Source: a virus
Virus record (IMG/VR): IMGVR_UViG_3300033183_000354
Coordinates: 1 to 64,000 of that record
DNA: 64,000 nt
Reading direction: 5' to 3' (one strand)
Part shown: piece after piece, positions 21,337-29,448 of the stretch
How positions within the stretch are numbered: the stretch's first letter is position 1
Layout of the letters: the number at the start of each line of letters is the position of its first letter
The notes under the pieces: generated by a model
What the model was told of the DNA's origin: nothing
The model's database searches: none
Seen by the model: only the letters and a program-made list of their open reading frames with translations
Position numbers and translations under genes: made by a program

Positions 21337-21365
21337 TGTACAATTCTATCTCGGTGTTATATAAT
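21337..21365 (+). promoter_or_regulatory. sigma70-like promoter for gp55
   Basis: TGTACA-N17-TATAAT. Confidence 0.7.
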
Positions 21366-21392
21366 CTAACCTATATGATGAAAGGATGACTT

Positions 21393-21989
21393 ATGGCTCG
21401 TCAAAAAAGAAAAAGTATTCATTACGTTAATAATGCTGACTTTTCTCAAGCTGTGGTCGATTATGTCTCGTTATGCAATGAAGCGAAGGCAAATAGTAAA
21501 CCTATTCCTATTGTACCAGATTATGTTGCGCAATGCTTTCTACGTATTGCTGAGGGTTTATCTCACAAATCCAATTTTATTCGTTATACCTATCGCGAAG
21601 AAATGGTAATGGATGCGGTTGAAAATTGTCTAAAAGCTATTCATAATTATGACCTAGAAGCAGCAACACGTACAGGTAAACCTAACGCATTTGCTTATTT
21701 TACACAGATCACATGGTATGCATTTCTTCGACGTATTGCAAAAGAAAAGAAACAACAAGATGTGAAGATAAAATATCTCACTCGTTCAGGTATCGAAAAT
21801 TTTGTCGATAATGAACTTGGTGATGATATGAGTCAGTATGTTGTAGGCGCATTTGTTGATACTCTTCGCGATAGGATTGAAAAAGTAAAATACCAAGATG
21901 AAGAGATTAGAGAGTATATTAAAGAAGAAAAGAAACGTAAAAAGAGGTCTGTTCACGCAGACTCAGATTTAAGTGAGTTTATGGAATGA
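21393..21989 (+). CDS. gp55: late sigma factor gp55
   Basis: HYVNNADF, IAEGLSHKSNF..YTYREEMVMDAVENC, NAFAYFTQI..AFLRRI.KEKKQ. Confidence 0.95.
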   Translation: MARQKRKSIHYVNNADFSQAVVDYVSLCNEAKANSKPIPIVPDYVAQCFLRIAEGLSHKSNFIRYTYREEMVMDAVENCLKAIHNYDLEAATRTGKPNAFAYFTQITWYAFLRRIAKEKKQQDVKIKYLTRSGIENFVDNELGDDMSQYVVGAFVDTLRDRIEKVKYQDEEIREYIKEEKKRKKRSVHADSDLSEFME

Positions 21990-22168
21990 AAAAAACTAAG
22001 ATGTATCAAGTAGAAGTTCAAGAAGATGGTGAAGATCAATTCATTGAATTTCCAGAAGAGATTATTGAAGAACTAGGTTGGAAAGTGGGTGATACTCTAG
22101 AATGGATTATCCACGACGATTATATTATTTTGAGAAAAAAGCCAGATGAAAGTAGCAGTACTGAATGA
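21986..22168 (+). CDS. AbrB/SpoVT-like small DNA-binding protein
   Basis: IEFPEEIIEELGWKVGDTLEW. Confidence 0.7.
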   Translation: MKKTKMYQVEVQEDGEDQFIEFPEEIIEELGWKVGDTLEWIIHDDYIILRKKPDESSSTE

Positions 22169-23207
22169 TACTCATTGTGGCATTCGTAACTCGTCAGAGA
22201 TTTTTTTAAGGAATGCCGCAGACTTTTATGATAATGTATTTTTCCCTGAATGTGAGAAACATGGTATTACACAAATCCTCCATCTTGGGGACTATTACGA
22301 TCATCGTAAGTTCGTAAATTTTAAAGCATTAAATCATAATCGTAAACACTTCTTAAATAAACTAAGAAACTATAATATGCATATGGATATTATTCCTGGC
22401 AACCACGATACGTATTATAAAAATACGAATGACCTTAACTCATTGAAAGAATGTCTTGGTCATTATATGAATGAGATCCATATTATTATGGAACCTACTG
22501 TGATGGAGTATGGCTCATTAAAGATGGCTCTTGTACCATGGATTTGTCAAGATAATTACGAAGATACGATGAACTTTATTCGTGATTGTAAAGCAGATTG
22601 GCTTGGTGGTCATCTTGAATTTTCTGGGTTCGATGTCATGAAAGGTATCCAACAGCAACATGGTATGAACCATAAACTCTTTGAAAAGTTTGAGATGGTT
22701 CTTAGTGGTCATTATCATACTGCTTCTCAAAAAGATAATGTATGGTATCTCGGCAGTCAAATGGAGTTCTTTTGGTCAGATGCTGGAGATAAAAAATATT
22801 TTCACATCATTGATACAGAGACTCGCGAGATTGAAAAGATTCATAATCCTTATACTTTATTTGAAAAAATTGTGTACAATGACGAGAAAATAGATTATAA
22901 TAATTATGATGTAAGCAACTTAGATAAAAAGTTTGTCAAAGTCGTGGTCGTGAATAAGAGTGATACATTTATCTTTGATAGGTTTATCGATCGTATTCAA
23001 AACCAAAACATCCATGAGTTAAAAATCGCTGAAAATTTCCAAGAGTTTATTGGCGAGAATGTGTCTGATGAAGGCTTAGATGTCGAAGATACTACTCAAC
23101 TCGTAGATGATTATATTGATGGCGTTGATACCGATTTGGATAAAGGTCGTATCAAGACTAATATGCGCGAATTGATGACAGAAGCACAGGCTTTAGAGAT
23201 AGCATGA
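22146..23207 (+). CDS. gp47: recombination nuclease gp47 (Mre11-like)
   Basis: DTHCG, HLGD, PGNHD, GHLE, SGHYH. Confidence 0.95.
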   Translation: MKVAVLNDTHCGIRNSSEIFLRNAADFYDNVFFPECEKHGITQILHLGDYYDHRKFVNFKALNHNRKHFLNKLRNYNMHMDIIPGNHDTYYKNTNDLNSLKECLGHYMNEIHIIMEPTVMEYGSLKMALVPWICQDNYEDTMNFIRDCKADWLGGHLEFSGFDVMKGIQQQHGMNHKLFEKFEMVLSGHYHTASQKDNVWYLGSQMEFFWSDAGDKKYFHIIDTETREIEKIHNPYTLFEKIVYNDEKIDYNNYDVSNLDKKFVKVVVVNKSDTFIFDRFIDRIQNQNIHELKIAENFQEFIGENVSDEGLDVEDTTQLVDDYIDGVDTDLDKGRIKTNMRELMTEAQALEIA

Positions 23208-24916
23208 TTTTATTTAAGAAAGTTCGTTGGAAGAATTTCCTCTCAACAGGTAATTCTTTTACAGAGATCGACCTCAACGCTACAAAGTCTACGTTAGTCG
23301 TAGGTCAAAATGGGGCGGGTAAATCTACTATTCTAGATGCCATCTCGTTTGGTTTATTTGGTAAACCTCATCGTAATATCAATAAACCTCAATTGATCAA
23401 CTCGATTAACCAGAAACAATGTATCGTTGAAGTTGAATTTAGTGTGGGAAGTTCTGACTTTAAAATTGTACGTGGCATCAAACCAGGAATCTTTGAGATC
23501 TGGAAGAATGGCACCATGATTAACCAGTCTTCTCACGCTAAAGAATACCAGAAGATCCTCGAGCAAAATATCCTCAAACTAAATCATAAGTCCTTCCATC
23601 AGGTAATTGTTTTGGGCTCCTCCTCTTTTATCCCATTTATGCAATTACCGGCAGGACATAGACGAGAGGTTATCGAGGATCTTCTGGATATTAACGTATT
23701 TTCAAAGATGAATCAACTTCTTCGAGATAAACAAAGTATATTGAAAGATAAACTGAAAGACCTTACATATAATATTGATCTAATTAAAAACAAGATTGAG
23801 GCTCAACAGAAATATATTCGTGATGTAAAGTCACTTACTGACCAAAATATTACTGAAAAGAAAAATAAAATTTCAAAAAATCACGATGAAATCAATAGTC
23901 TTCAATCGTTAAATAATAATTTATCAGAAGAGATTGATGGAGTACAAGAGGAATTACAAAATGAACTTAATCGATTGCATGACAGAAGACAATCGCTCTT
24001 ACAATACTCAGCGCAGTTCAAACAGCAAATGGCAACAGTCGTTAAAGATGCGAAATTTTATGAAGAGCATGAAAGTTGCCCGACCTGTGATCACAGTATT
24101 GATCCGAAAGTCAGAGAAAGAAAGCTTGAGGCCTCAAAGACAAAAGCTAAAGAACTTCAAAGTGCCATGGGTAAGCTCTCTGAGGAGTCGACTACGGTTG
24201 AACAGGCTATTTCGTCTACAAATGACTCACTTTCCGAGATACGAGACAAGCAAAATAGTATACATTCTAACAATCAGCAAATCTCCAGGCTCCAAACAGA
24301 AATTGGAGCTCTCGAAGAAGATATATCTGGGTCGGCTGTGGCAGATCTAAAACAAGCTGAAGCCGACTTAAAAAAGTTTAATGATAATAGAAATACTTTA
24401 CTTGAAGAAAAGTTTAAATTATCTGATGATATTTCTTACAATGCTGTGATGGGTGAAATGCTTCGAGATACTGGTATCAAGACAAAGATCATCAAACAGT
24501 ATTTGCCAGTGATTAATAAACTCGTCAATCAATATCTTCAAGTGCTCGACTTCTTTGTACACTTTAATCTTGATGAGTCGTTTAACGAGACTATTCGTTC
24601 TCGTCACCGCGACGAGTTTACTTATGCTTCCTTTAGTGAAGGTGAGAAGCAACGTATTGATTTAGCTCTCCTCTTTACATGGAGACAAGTAGCTAAGATG
24701 AAAAACTCTGTAGCTACAAACCTTCTTATCCTCGATGAGACTTTTGATTCAAGTCTTGATCACGAAGGCGTAGATAACCTACTTAAGATCTTACACATGC
24801 TTTCAGATGATACAAATATCTTTGTTATCTCTCATAAAGGAGAGATCCTTGATGGTAAATTCAATAGTAAAATTGAGTTTAAGAAAGAAAAGAATTTTAG
24901 TAAAATTGCTGCTTAA
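23204..24916 (+). CDS. gp46: recombination ATPase gp46 (Rad50-like)
   Basis: GQNGAGKST, zinc hook CPTC, FSEGEKQRIDL, LILDE, VISH. Confidence 0.96.
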   Translation: MILFKKVRWKNFLSTGNSFTEIDLNATKSTLVVGQNGAGKSTILDAISFGLFGKPHRNINKPQLINSINQKQCIVEVEFSVGSSDFKIVRGIKPGIFEIWKNGTMINQSSHAKEYQKILEQNILKLNHKSFHQVIVLGSSSFIPFMQLPAGHRREVIEDLLDINVFSKMNQLLRDKQSILKDKLKDLTYNIDLIKNKIEAQQKYIRDVKSLTDQNITEKKNKISKNHDEINSLQSLNNNLSEEIDGVQEELQNELNRLHDRRQSLLQYSAQFKQQMATVVKDAKFYEEHESCPTCDHSIDPKVRERKLEASKTKAKELQSAMGKLSEESTTVEQAISSTNDSLSEIRDKQNSIHSNNQQISRLQTEIGALEEDISGSAVADLKQAEADLKKFNDNRNTLLEEKFKLSDDISYNAVMGEMLRDTGIKTKIIKQYLPVINKLVNQYLQVLDFFVHFNLDESFNETIRSRHRDEFTYASFSEGEKQRIDLALLFTWRQVAKMKNSVATNLLILDETFDSSLDHEGVDNLLKILHMLSDDTNIFVISHKGEILDGKFNSKIEFKKEKNFSKIAA

Positions 24917-24919
24917 CGG

Positions 24920-24948
24920 TTTACAAATTAACCATAAAGTGGTATAAT
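24920..24948 (+). promoter_or_regulatory. sigma70-like promoter for gp45
   Basis: TTTACA-N17-TATAAT. Confidence 0.75.
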
Positions 24949-24977
24949 GATCCAATAATGAAACATGGAGTTATATT

Positions 24978-25655
24978 ATGGAATTGAATGACGGTACACT
25001 GCAAGTCCTTAAGAATTTTTCTGGTATCAATCAGAATATCTTAATCAAAGCAGGAAATACAATCAAAACTATCTCAGAAGCTCGTAATGTCCTCGCTACA
25101 GCTGTAGTCGAAGAAGAGTTTCCAAATACATTTGGGATCTATGATCTCAATGAATTTATCGGTGTGCTTGGCCTCGTTGATACTCCTCGTCTTAAATTTG
25201 ATGAGGACTTTGTAACTGTAGGTGACTCTACCGGTAGATCAAAGGTCAAGTATTTCTTCTCTGCTGAAGAAACCTTGACTACGCCACAAAAAGACATCAA
25301 TATGCCTGATGCAGAAGTAACTTTTACGCTAACTAATGATACTTTGAATAAGATTAAACGAGCAGCATCTGCTCTTGGTCATAACGAAGTCTCTATTACT
25401 GGAAAAGATGGCGTATTGAGTCTTTCTGTGGTTGATTCGCAAAATTCAACATCAAATGCATTTTCAATCGATATCGATGGTGAATTTAACTCAGATGCGA
25501 CCTTTAATTTTATTCTTAATATCAGCAATCTTAAAATGTTGCCTGGTGATTATGAAGTCCAGATCTCATCTAAACTAATCACGCAATTCAAAAATAAAGA
25601 AGTGAACGTGACTTATTGGATTGCACTTGAAAAAGCCTCAACTTTTGGAGTATAA
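24978..25655 (+). CDS. gp45: sliding clamp gp45
   Basis: LKNFSGINQNI, FGIYDLNEF, YWIALE. Confidence 0.95.
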   Translation: MELNDGTLQVLKNFSGINQNILIKAGNTIKTISEARNVLATAVVEEEFPNTFGIYDLNEFIGVLGLVDTPRLKFDEDFVTVGDSTGRSKVKYFFSAEETLTTPQKDINMPDAEVTFTLTNDTLNKIKRAASALGHNEVSITGKDGVLSLSVVDSQNSTSNAFSIDIDGEFNSDATFNFILNISNLKMLPGDYEVQISSKLITQFKNKEVNVTYWIALEKASTFGV

Positions 25656-25659
25656 TGAC

Positions 25660-25860
25660 ATGTCAGAACAACTTGATCAACTCAAAGATCTTGCAAATAA
25701 ATCTTCACGTAGTACCATTGCCGTCATCGACGCTATGACTCAACGTGGTGGGTTTAAGGGCGAAGAGCTTTCAACTATTGGTGGTCTTCGTGACCAATGT
25801 ATTCAGATCGTACAGATTTGTGAACAGCTACAACAGGAAGAAGCACTTTCAGACGAATAA
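25660..25860 (+). CDS. hypothetical protein, 66 aa
   Basis: ATG 25660 with a GGAG RBS; IAVIDAMTQRGGFKGEELSTIGGLRD. Confidence 0.7.
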   Translation: MSEQLDQLKDLANKSSRSTIAVIDAMTQRGGFKGEELSTIGGLRDQCIQIVQICEQLQQEEALSDE

Positions 25861-25884
25861 CATTTACAAATTTGACCAGTCAAA

Positions 25885-25913
25885 TGTACAAATTTGACCA
25901 CTTGTGATATAAT
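25885..25913 (+). promoter_or_regulatory. sigma70-like promoter for gp44, overlapped by direct and inverted repeats
   Basis: TGTACA-N17-TATAAT; tacaaatttgacca occurs twice. Confidence 0.7.
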
Positions 25914-25937
25914 ACCTTTTTGTTATGGAGTTTGTAA

Positions 25938-26867
25938 ATGTCTGATTTTCTCTGGGTAGAGAAGTACCGTCCTCGTAAAGTTGCTGATACTATCTTGCCT
26001 GATAGTTTAAAGCAAACATTCCAGAGACTTGTAGATACTGGTGAATTGCCTAATATGCTTTTCACCGGTACTGCCGGTCTCGGTAAGACCACTGTCGCGA
26101 AAGCGCTATGTAATGAACTAGGCCTTGATTATATCTTAATCAATGGCTCTGAAGAAGGCAATATTGATACGTTACGTACAAAGATTAAACAGTTTGCCTC
26201 TTCTGTATCCCTTTCTGGCGGATACAAAGTAGTCATCCTCGATGAGGCTGATTACCTTAATCCTCAATCGACACAACCAGCTCTTCGTGGTTTCATTGAA
26301 GAGTTTGCTAATAATTGTCGATTTATCCTTACGTGTAACTTTAAGAATCGTATCATCGAGCCTCTTCATTCTCGATGTGGTGTATATGAATTTAATACGA
26401 CAAAGAAAGACTTAGCACCACTTGCAGCGCAATTCATGAAGCGTTGTAAATCTATTTTAGAAGAAGAAGGCGTAAGTTATGATGAGATGGCCATCGCTGA
26501 TCTTATCATGAAGTTTGCCCCAGACTGGAGAAGAGTACTTAATGAGCTTCAAAGATATTCTATTTTGGGCCCTATTACTGGGAGCACTTCTGATATGGGT
26601 GGATCCTTTGATCTACTTTTCCAATATCTAAAGCAAAAAGACTTTAAAAAGATGCGTCAGTGGGTATCGAATAATATCGATACAGATGCTTCAGCCATCT
26701 TTCGTGGCATTTACGATCGTATGTACGATAAACTAGATCTGCAATCTATCCCTCAACTTGTACTCATCCTTGCTGATTATCAGTATAAGAATGCTTTTGT
26801 TGCAGATCATGAATTAAATGTGGTCGCATGTATGACAGAGATTATGGCAAATGTCGACTTCGCTTAG
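25938..26867 (+). CDS. gp44: clamp loader ATPase gp44
   Basis: WVEKYRP, GTAGLGKTT, ILDEAD, LHSRC. Confidence 0.96.
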   Translation: MSDFLWVEKYRPRKVADTILPDSLKQTFQRLVDTGELPNMLFTGTAGLGKTTVAKALCNELGLDYILINGSEEGNIDTLRTKIKQFASSVSLSGGYKVVILDEADYLNPQSTQPALRGFIEEFANNCRFILTCNFKNRIIEPLHSRCGVYEFNTTKKDLAPLAAQFMKRCKSILEEEGVSYDEMAIADLIMKFAPDWRRVLNELQRYSILGPITGSTSDMGGSFDLLFQYLKQKDFKKMRQWVSNNIDTDASAIFRGIYDRMYDKLDLQSIPQLVLILADYQYKNAFVADHELNVVACMTEIMANVDFA

Positions 26868-27240
26868 TCCTTTTCATTTTCTCACTGATATCAACTATGA
26901 TAAGAAAAATATCATGATTGATGATATTGCTGAGAAACAATATAACGCATTCATGGTCAATCGTGGTCTATCATACTTTAATGATACAGTATTGATGGCT
27001 AACGAGATGAATATCAACCACCACTTGGACAACCGTTTACAATTTGATTTTTTTATAAATATTGTAAGAAAACGAAAACGGTTTTCAAAATGGTTCAAAC
27101 CTGAATCACATAGTGACGTGGAAGTAGTTAAGGAATATTATGGCTATAGTAATGAAAAAGCCCGTCAAGCCTTAACCCTTCTCACAAAAGAACAATTAGA
27201 AGAATTGAAGAAGAAGGTTTATAAAGGTGGAAGAAAATAA
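26851..27240 (+). CDS. gp62: clamp loader subunit gp62
   Basis: FMVNRGLSY..DTVL.ANEMN, RKRKRFSKW, YYGYSNEKA, KGG. Confidence 0.93.
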   Translation: MSTSLSPFHFLTDINYDKKNIMIDDIAEKQYNAFMVNRGLSYFNDTVLMANEMNINHHLDNRLQFDFFINIVRKRKRFSKWFKPESHSDVEVVKEYYGYSNEKARQALTLLTKEQLEELKKKVYKGGRK

Positions 27241-27637
27241 ATTAGTAGAATGGACACCTACCTCTATGTTAGAGGTTACGTTAAACGAACCGGACGATTT
27301 CCTTAAGGTTCGTGAGACGCTTACGCGTATTGGTGTCGCATCCAGAAAAAATAATAAACTTTACCAATCCTGTCATATCCTACATAAACAAGGAAGATAT
27401 TTCATTGTTCATTTTAAGGAATTGTTTTTACTTGACGGTAAGAAGTCGAACCTTGAAGAGAATGACGTTGCAAGACGGAATACTATCGCCACGCTGATGA
27501 GTGATTGGGGTCTTATTAGTATTGATAATAAAAAGATGGCTCAACCGTTAGCGCCTCTTCGTCAGATTAAGATCATCCCATTTAGAGATAAAGACAAATG
27601 GGAATTATGTCCTAAATATAATATCGGAAATAAATAG
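27227..27637 (+). CDS. regA: translational repressor RegA
   Basis: DDFLKVRETLTRIG, LYQSCHILHKQGRYFIVHFKELF. Confidence 0.97.
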   Translation: MEENKLVEWTPTSMLEVTLNEPDDFLKVRETLTRIGVASRKNNKLYQSCHILHKQGRYFIVHFKELFLLDGKKSNLEENDVARRNTIATLMSDWGLISIDNKKMAQPLAPLRQIKIIPFRDKDKWELCPKYNIGNK

Positions 27638-27681
27638 TTTGCCTATGTACTTTTGAGAAAAAAGTACTATATATAATGTAT

Positions 27682-27736
27682 GGATGCCGAATGGTTCGGG
27701 TCCAAAATAAACCTTGCTTAAATGGAGGTCATAATG
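27682..27736 (+). promoter_or_regulatory. ROSE-like RNA thermometer in the hsp20 5' UTR
   Basis: 5' hairpin ggatgccgaa-tgg-ttcgggtcc, then ACCUUGCU pairing with the GGAGGU RBS; UUGCU is the ROSE hallmark. Confidence 0.5.
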
Positions 27737-28204
27737 ACTAAAGCAACTTTGTTGCCAAGAAACGCATTCCTTGGTTTCGATCACATCTTCGATCAGTTGG
27801 AAAATATTCACAGCCACGCGAAGGATACCTATCCCCCACATAATGTAGTAAAGCACGATGCGTATCATTACGAGATCGAACTTGCTGTTGCGGGATTTAG
27901 TAAACAACATATTGATATTGAAGTAAAGGATCATGTGTTAACGATCAGAGGTGATCGTCCACAACGTCGTCCTCAAGAGCTTTATGTTCATAAAGGTATT
28001 AGTGCTCGAAATTGGCAAAAGTCATTTAGACTGTCGGAATATACCGAAGTAAACGGTGCGGATCTGGTGGACGGAATCTTGACTGTCAATTTAGAAGTCG
28101 TTCTTCCTGAAGAGAAGCAGCCTCGTAAAATTCTAATTTCAGATAAAAACGAGGTAATCGAAAATGACAGCACTAGCGCTGAACTACTCACAGAATCTGT
28201 TTAA
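27734..28204 (+). CDS. hsp20: small heat shock protein (IbpA-like Hsp20)
   Basis: FLGFD, YPPHNV, IELAVAGF, HKGISAR, ADLVDGIL; start moved to ATG 27734 after GGAGG. Confidence 0.95.
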   Translation: MTKATLLPRNAFLGFDHIFDQLENIHSHAKDTYPPHNVVKHDAYHYEIELAVAGFSKQHIDIEVKDHVLTIRGDRPQRRPQELYVHKGISARNWQKSFRLSEYTEVNGADLVDGILTVNLEVVLPEEKQPRKILISDKNEVIENDSTSAELLTESV

Positions 28205-28403
28205 TGGAATCTGGAGTGTACTAAAGAAAACTCTTCAAGGCATGATGTTTGGTTGGTTAATGGCCAGACAGAATCAGGCAAATTATTATATCGCAAGAGA
28301 ACTTTTGCATGAATATGCCCGTGAAGGACATTCTGTAGAATCTTTACATGCTGAACTTAACGCAGAATCCCTTGAAAGATTAAAGAAGGAATTCTGTAAA
28401 TGA
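28164..28403 (+). CDS. hypothetical protein, 79 aa
   Basis: GAGG RBS; chained with neighbouring genes. Confidence 0.6.
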   Translation: MTALALNYSQNLFNGIWSVLKKTLQGMMFGWLMARQNQANYYIARELLHEYAREGHSVESLHAELNAESLERLKKEFCK

Positions 28404-28537
28404 GAAAGTGGCTTAAAGATTTTTGGAATGATATCAATAGAACACCTGTAGAAAGATACTTGGCCGGAGCAAAAGACGTCGTCGAGCTCGAACAAAGGCA
28501 AAAAAATCTTACATTTGGAAGGGTTAAATTATTCTAA
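28400..28537 (+). CDS. 45-aa protein, DUF3563-like (not in ORF track)
   Basis: MRKWLKDFWNDINRTPVERYLAGAKDVVELEQRQKNLTFGRVKLF; ATGA overlap; ERYLA.A.D..ELE.R motif. Confidence 0.55.
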   Translation: MRKWLKDFWNDINRTPVERYLAGAKDVVELEQRQKNLTFGRVKLF

Positions 28538-28585
28538 TGTGGCCTTATACAGATGAAGAACAGGAATTTCTAAGTTAATAAATAA

Positions 28586-28614
28586 AAGGGAGCAGGGAAA
28601 CGCCTTGCTCCCTT
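28586..28614 (+). terminator. stem-loop after the hsp20 cluster
   Basis: aagggagcagg-gaaacg-ccttgctccctt. Confidence 0.6.
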
Positions 28615-28631
28615 ATTCATAGGAGGATCAA

Positions 28632-28769
28632 ATGGGAAAATGTAATTGCGGACACGACTGTCACTGCGGAGATGAATGTCAAGAATGCGTAAATGATGTA
28701 TGTGTAGATTGCAAATGTCAAGAAAACCAAAATGATGTGCCTGACTCTTTTACACGAGAGAATGTCTGA
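28632..28769 (+). CDS. Cys-rich metallothionein-like peptide, 45 aa (not in ORF track)
   Basis: MGKCNCGHDCHCGDECQECVNDVCVDCKCQENQNDVPDSFTRENV; AGGAGG RBS at 28621; TGATG coupling to the next gene. Confidence 0.65.
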   Translation: MGKCNCGHDCHCGDECQECVNDVCVDCKCQENQNDVPDSFTRENV

Positions 28770-28957
28770 TGAATAGACAAGATAGATATATTGAAACAAG
28801 GATTTCCCAGTTAAAGGAAGACATGAGTAAAGCTCATGATGATATGGATAAAGCATGGTATAATAGGCTTATTCAAGAACTTGATTGGGTGAAACAAATG
28901 AGCGGTAAAACTACTCATAATTGCTATATGCAAGGAGAAAAAGAAATATGGATTTAA
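28769..28957 (+). CDS. hypothetical protein, 62 aa
   Basis: WYNRLIQELDWV motif; translationally coupled. Confidence 0.65.
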   Translation: MNRQDRYIETRISQLKEDMSKAHDDMDKAWYNRLIQELDWVKQMSGKTTHNCYMQGEKEIWI

Positions 28958-29391
28958 ATAAATTACGTGAAGAGATTGCGGCTGATGAAGGAGTTAAGTA
29001 TGAAATCTATCTCGATCATCTTGGCTTGCCTACTTTTGGTATCGGTCATCTCGTTCTTGAATCAGATCCGGAGCACGGAGAACCGGTTGGAACTCCAGTC
29101 TCAGAAGATCGAGTCAATGAATGCTTCGATAAAGACGTTGAAGTCGTGCTTGAAGATTGCAAAAAACTCTACGACGATTTCGAAGAACTGCCTGAGGAAG
29201 CACAGCTTATCATCGCAAATATGATGTTTAATATGGGTCGTCCTCGATTATCTCAATTTAAAGGCATGAAGCGCGGCGTAGATGCTCGTGATTGGAATGC
29301 TGCTGCTGATGAGATGGTGGACTCTCGCTGGTATCGTCAAGTAACTAATAGAGCACAAAGACTAGTAGATAGAATGAGAGCAATCGCATAA
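28948..29391 (+). CDS. T4-lysozyme-like (GH24) endolysin
   Basis: DEG...IYLDHLGLPTFGIGHL, NMMFNMG, AADEMVDSRWYRQV..RA; start at ATG 28948. Confidence 0.9.
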   Translation: MDLNKLREEIAADEGVKYEIYLDHLGLPTFGIGHLVLESDPEHGEPVGTPVSEDRVNECFDKDVEVVLEDCKKLYDDFEELPEEAQLIIANMMFNMGRPRLSQFKGMKRGVDARDWNAAADEMVDSRWYRQVTNRAQRLVDRMRAIA

Positions 29392-29396
29392 AACTG

Positions 29397-29425
29397 TTTA
29401 CAAACCTCTTCTTTTTTGTTATAAT
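29397..29425 (+). promoter_or_regulatory. sigma70-like promoter for gp43
   Basis: TTTACA-N17-TATAAT. Confidence 0.75.
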
Positions 29426-29448
29426 AATCCTGTGTTTTTGGAGGTTGT

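Noticed and set aside
27054-27061. TATAAATA inside gp62 (also 59406 inside the DUF6267-like gene)
   Set aside because: Intragenic in AT-rich DNA and far from start codons; cannot be separated from chance.
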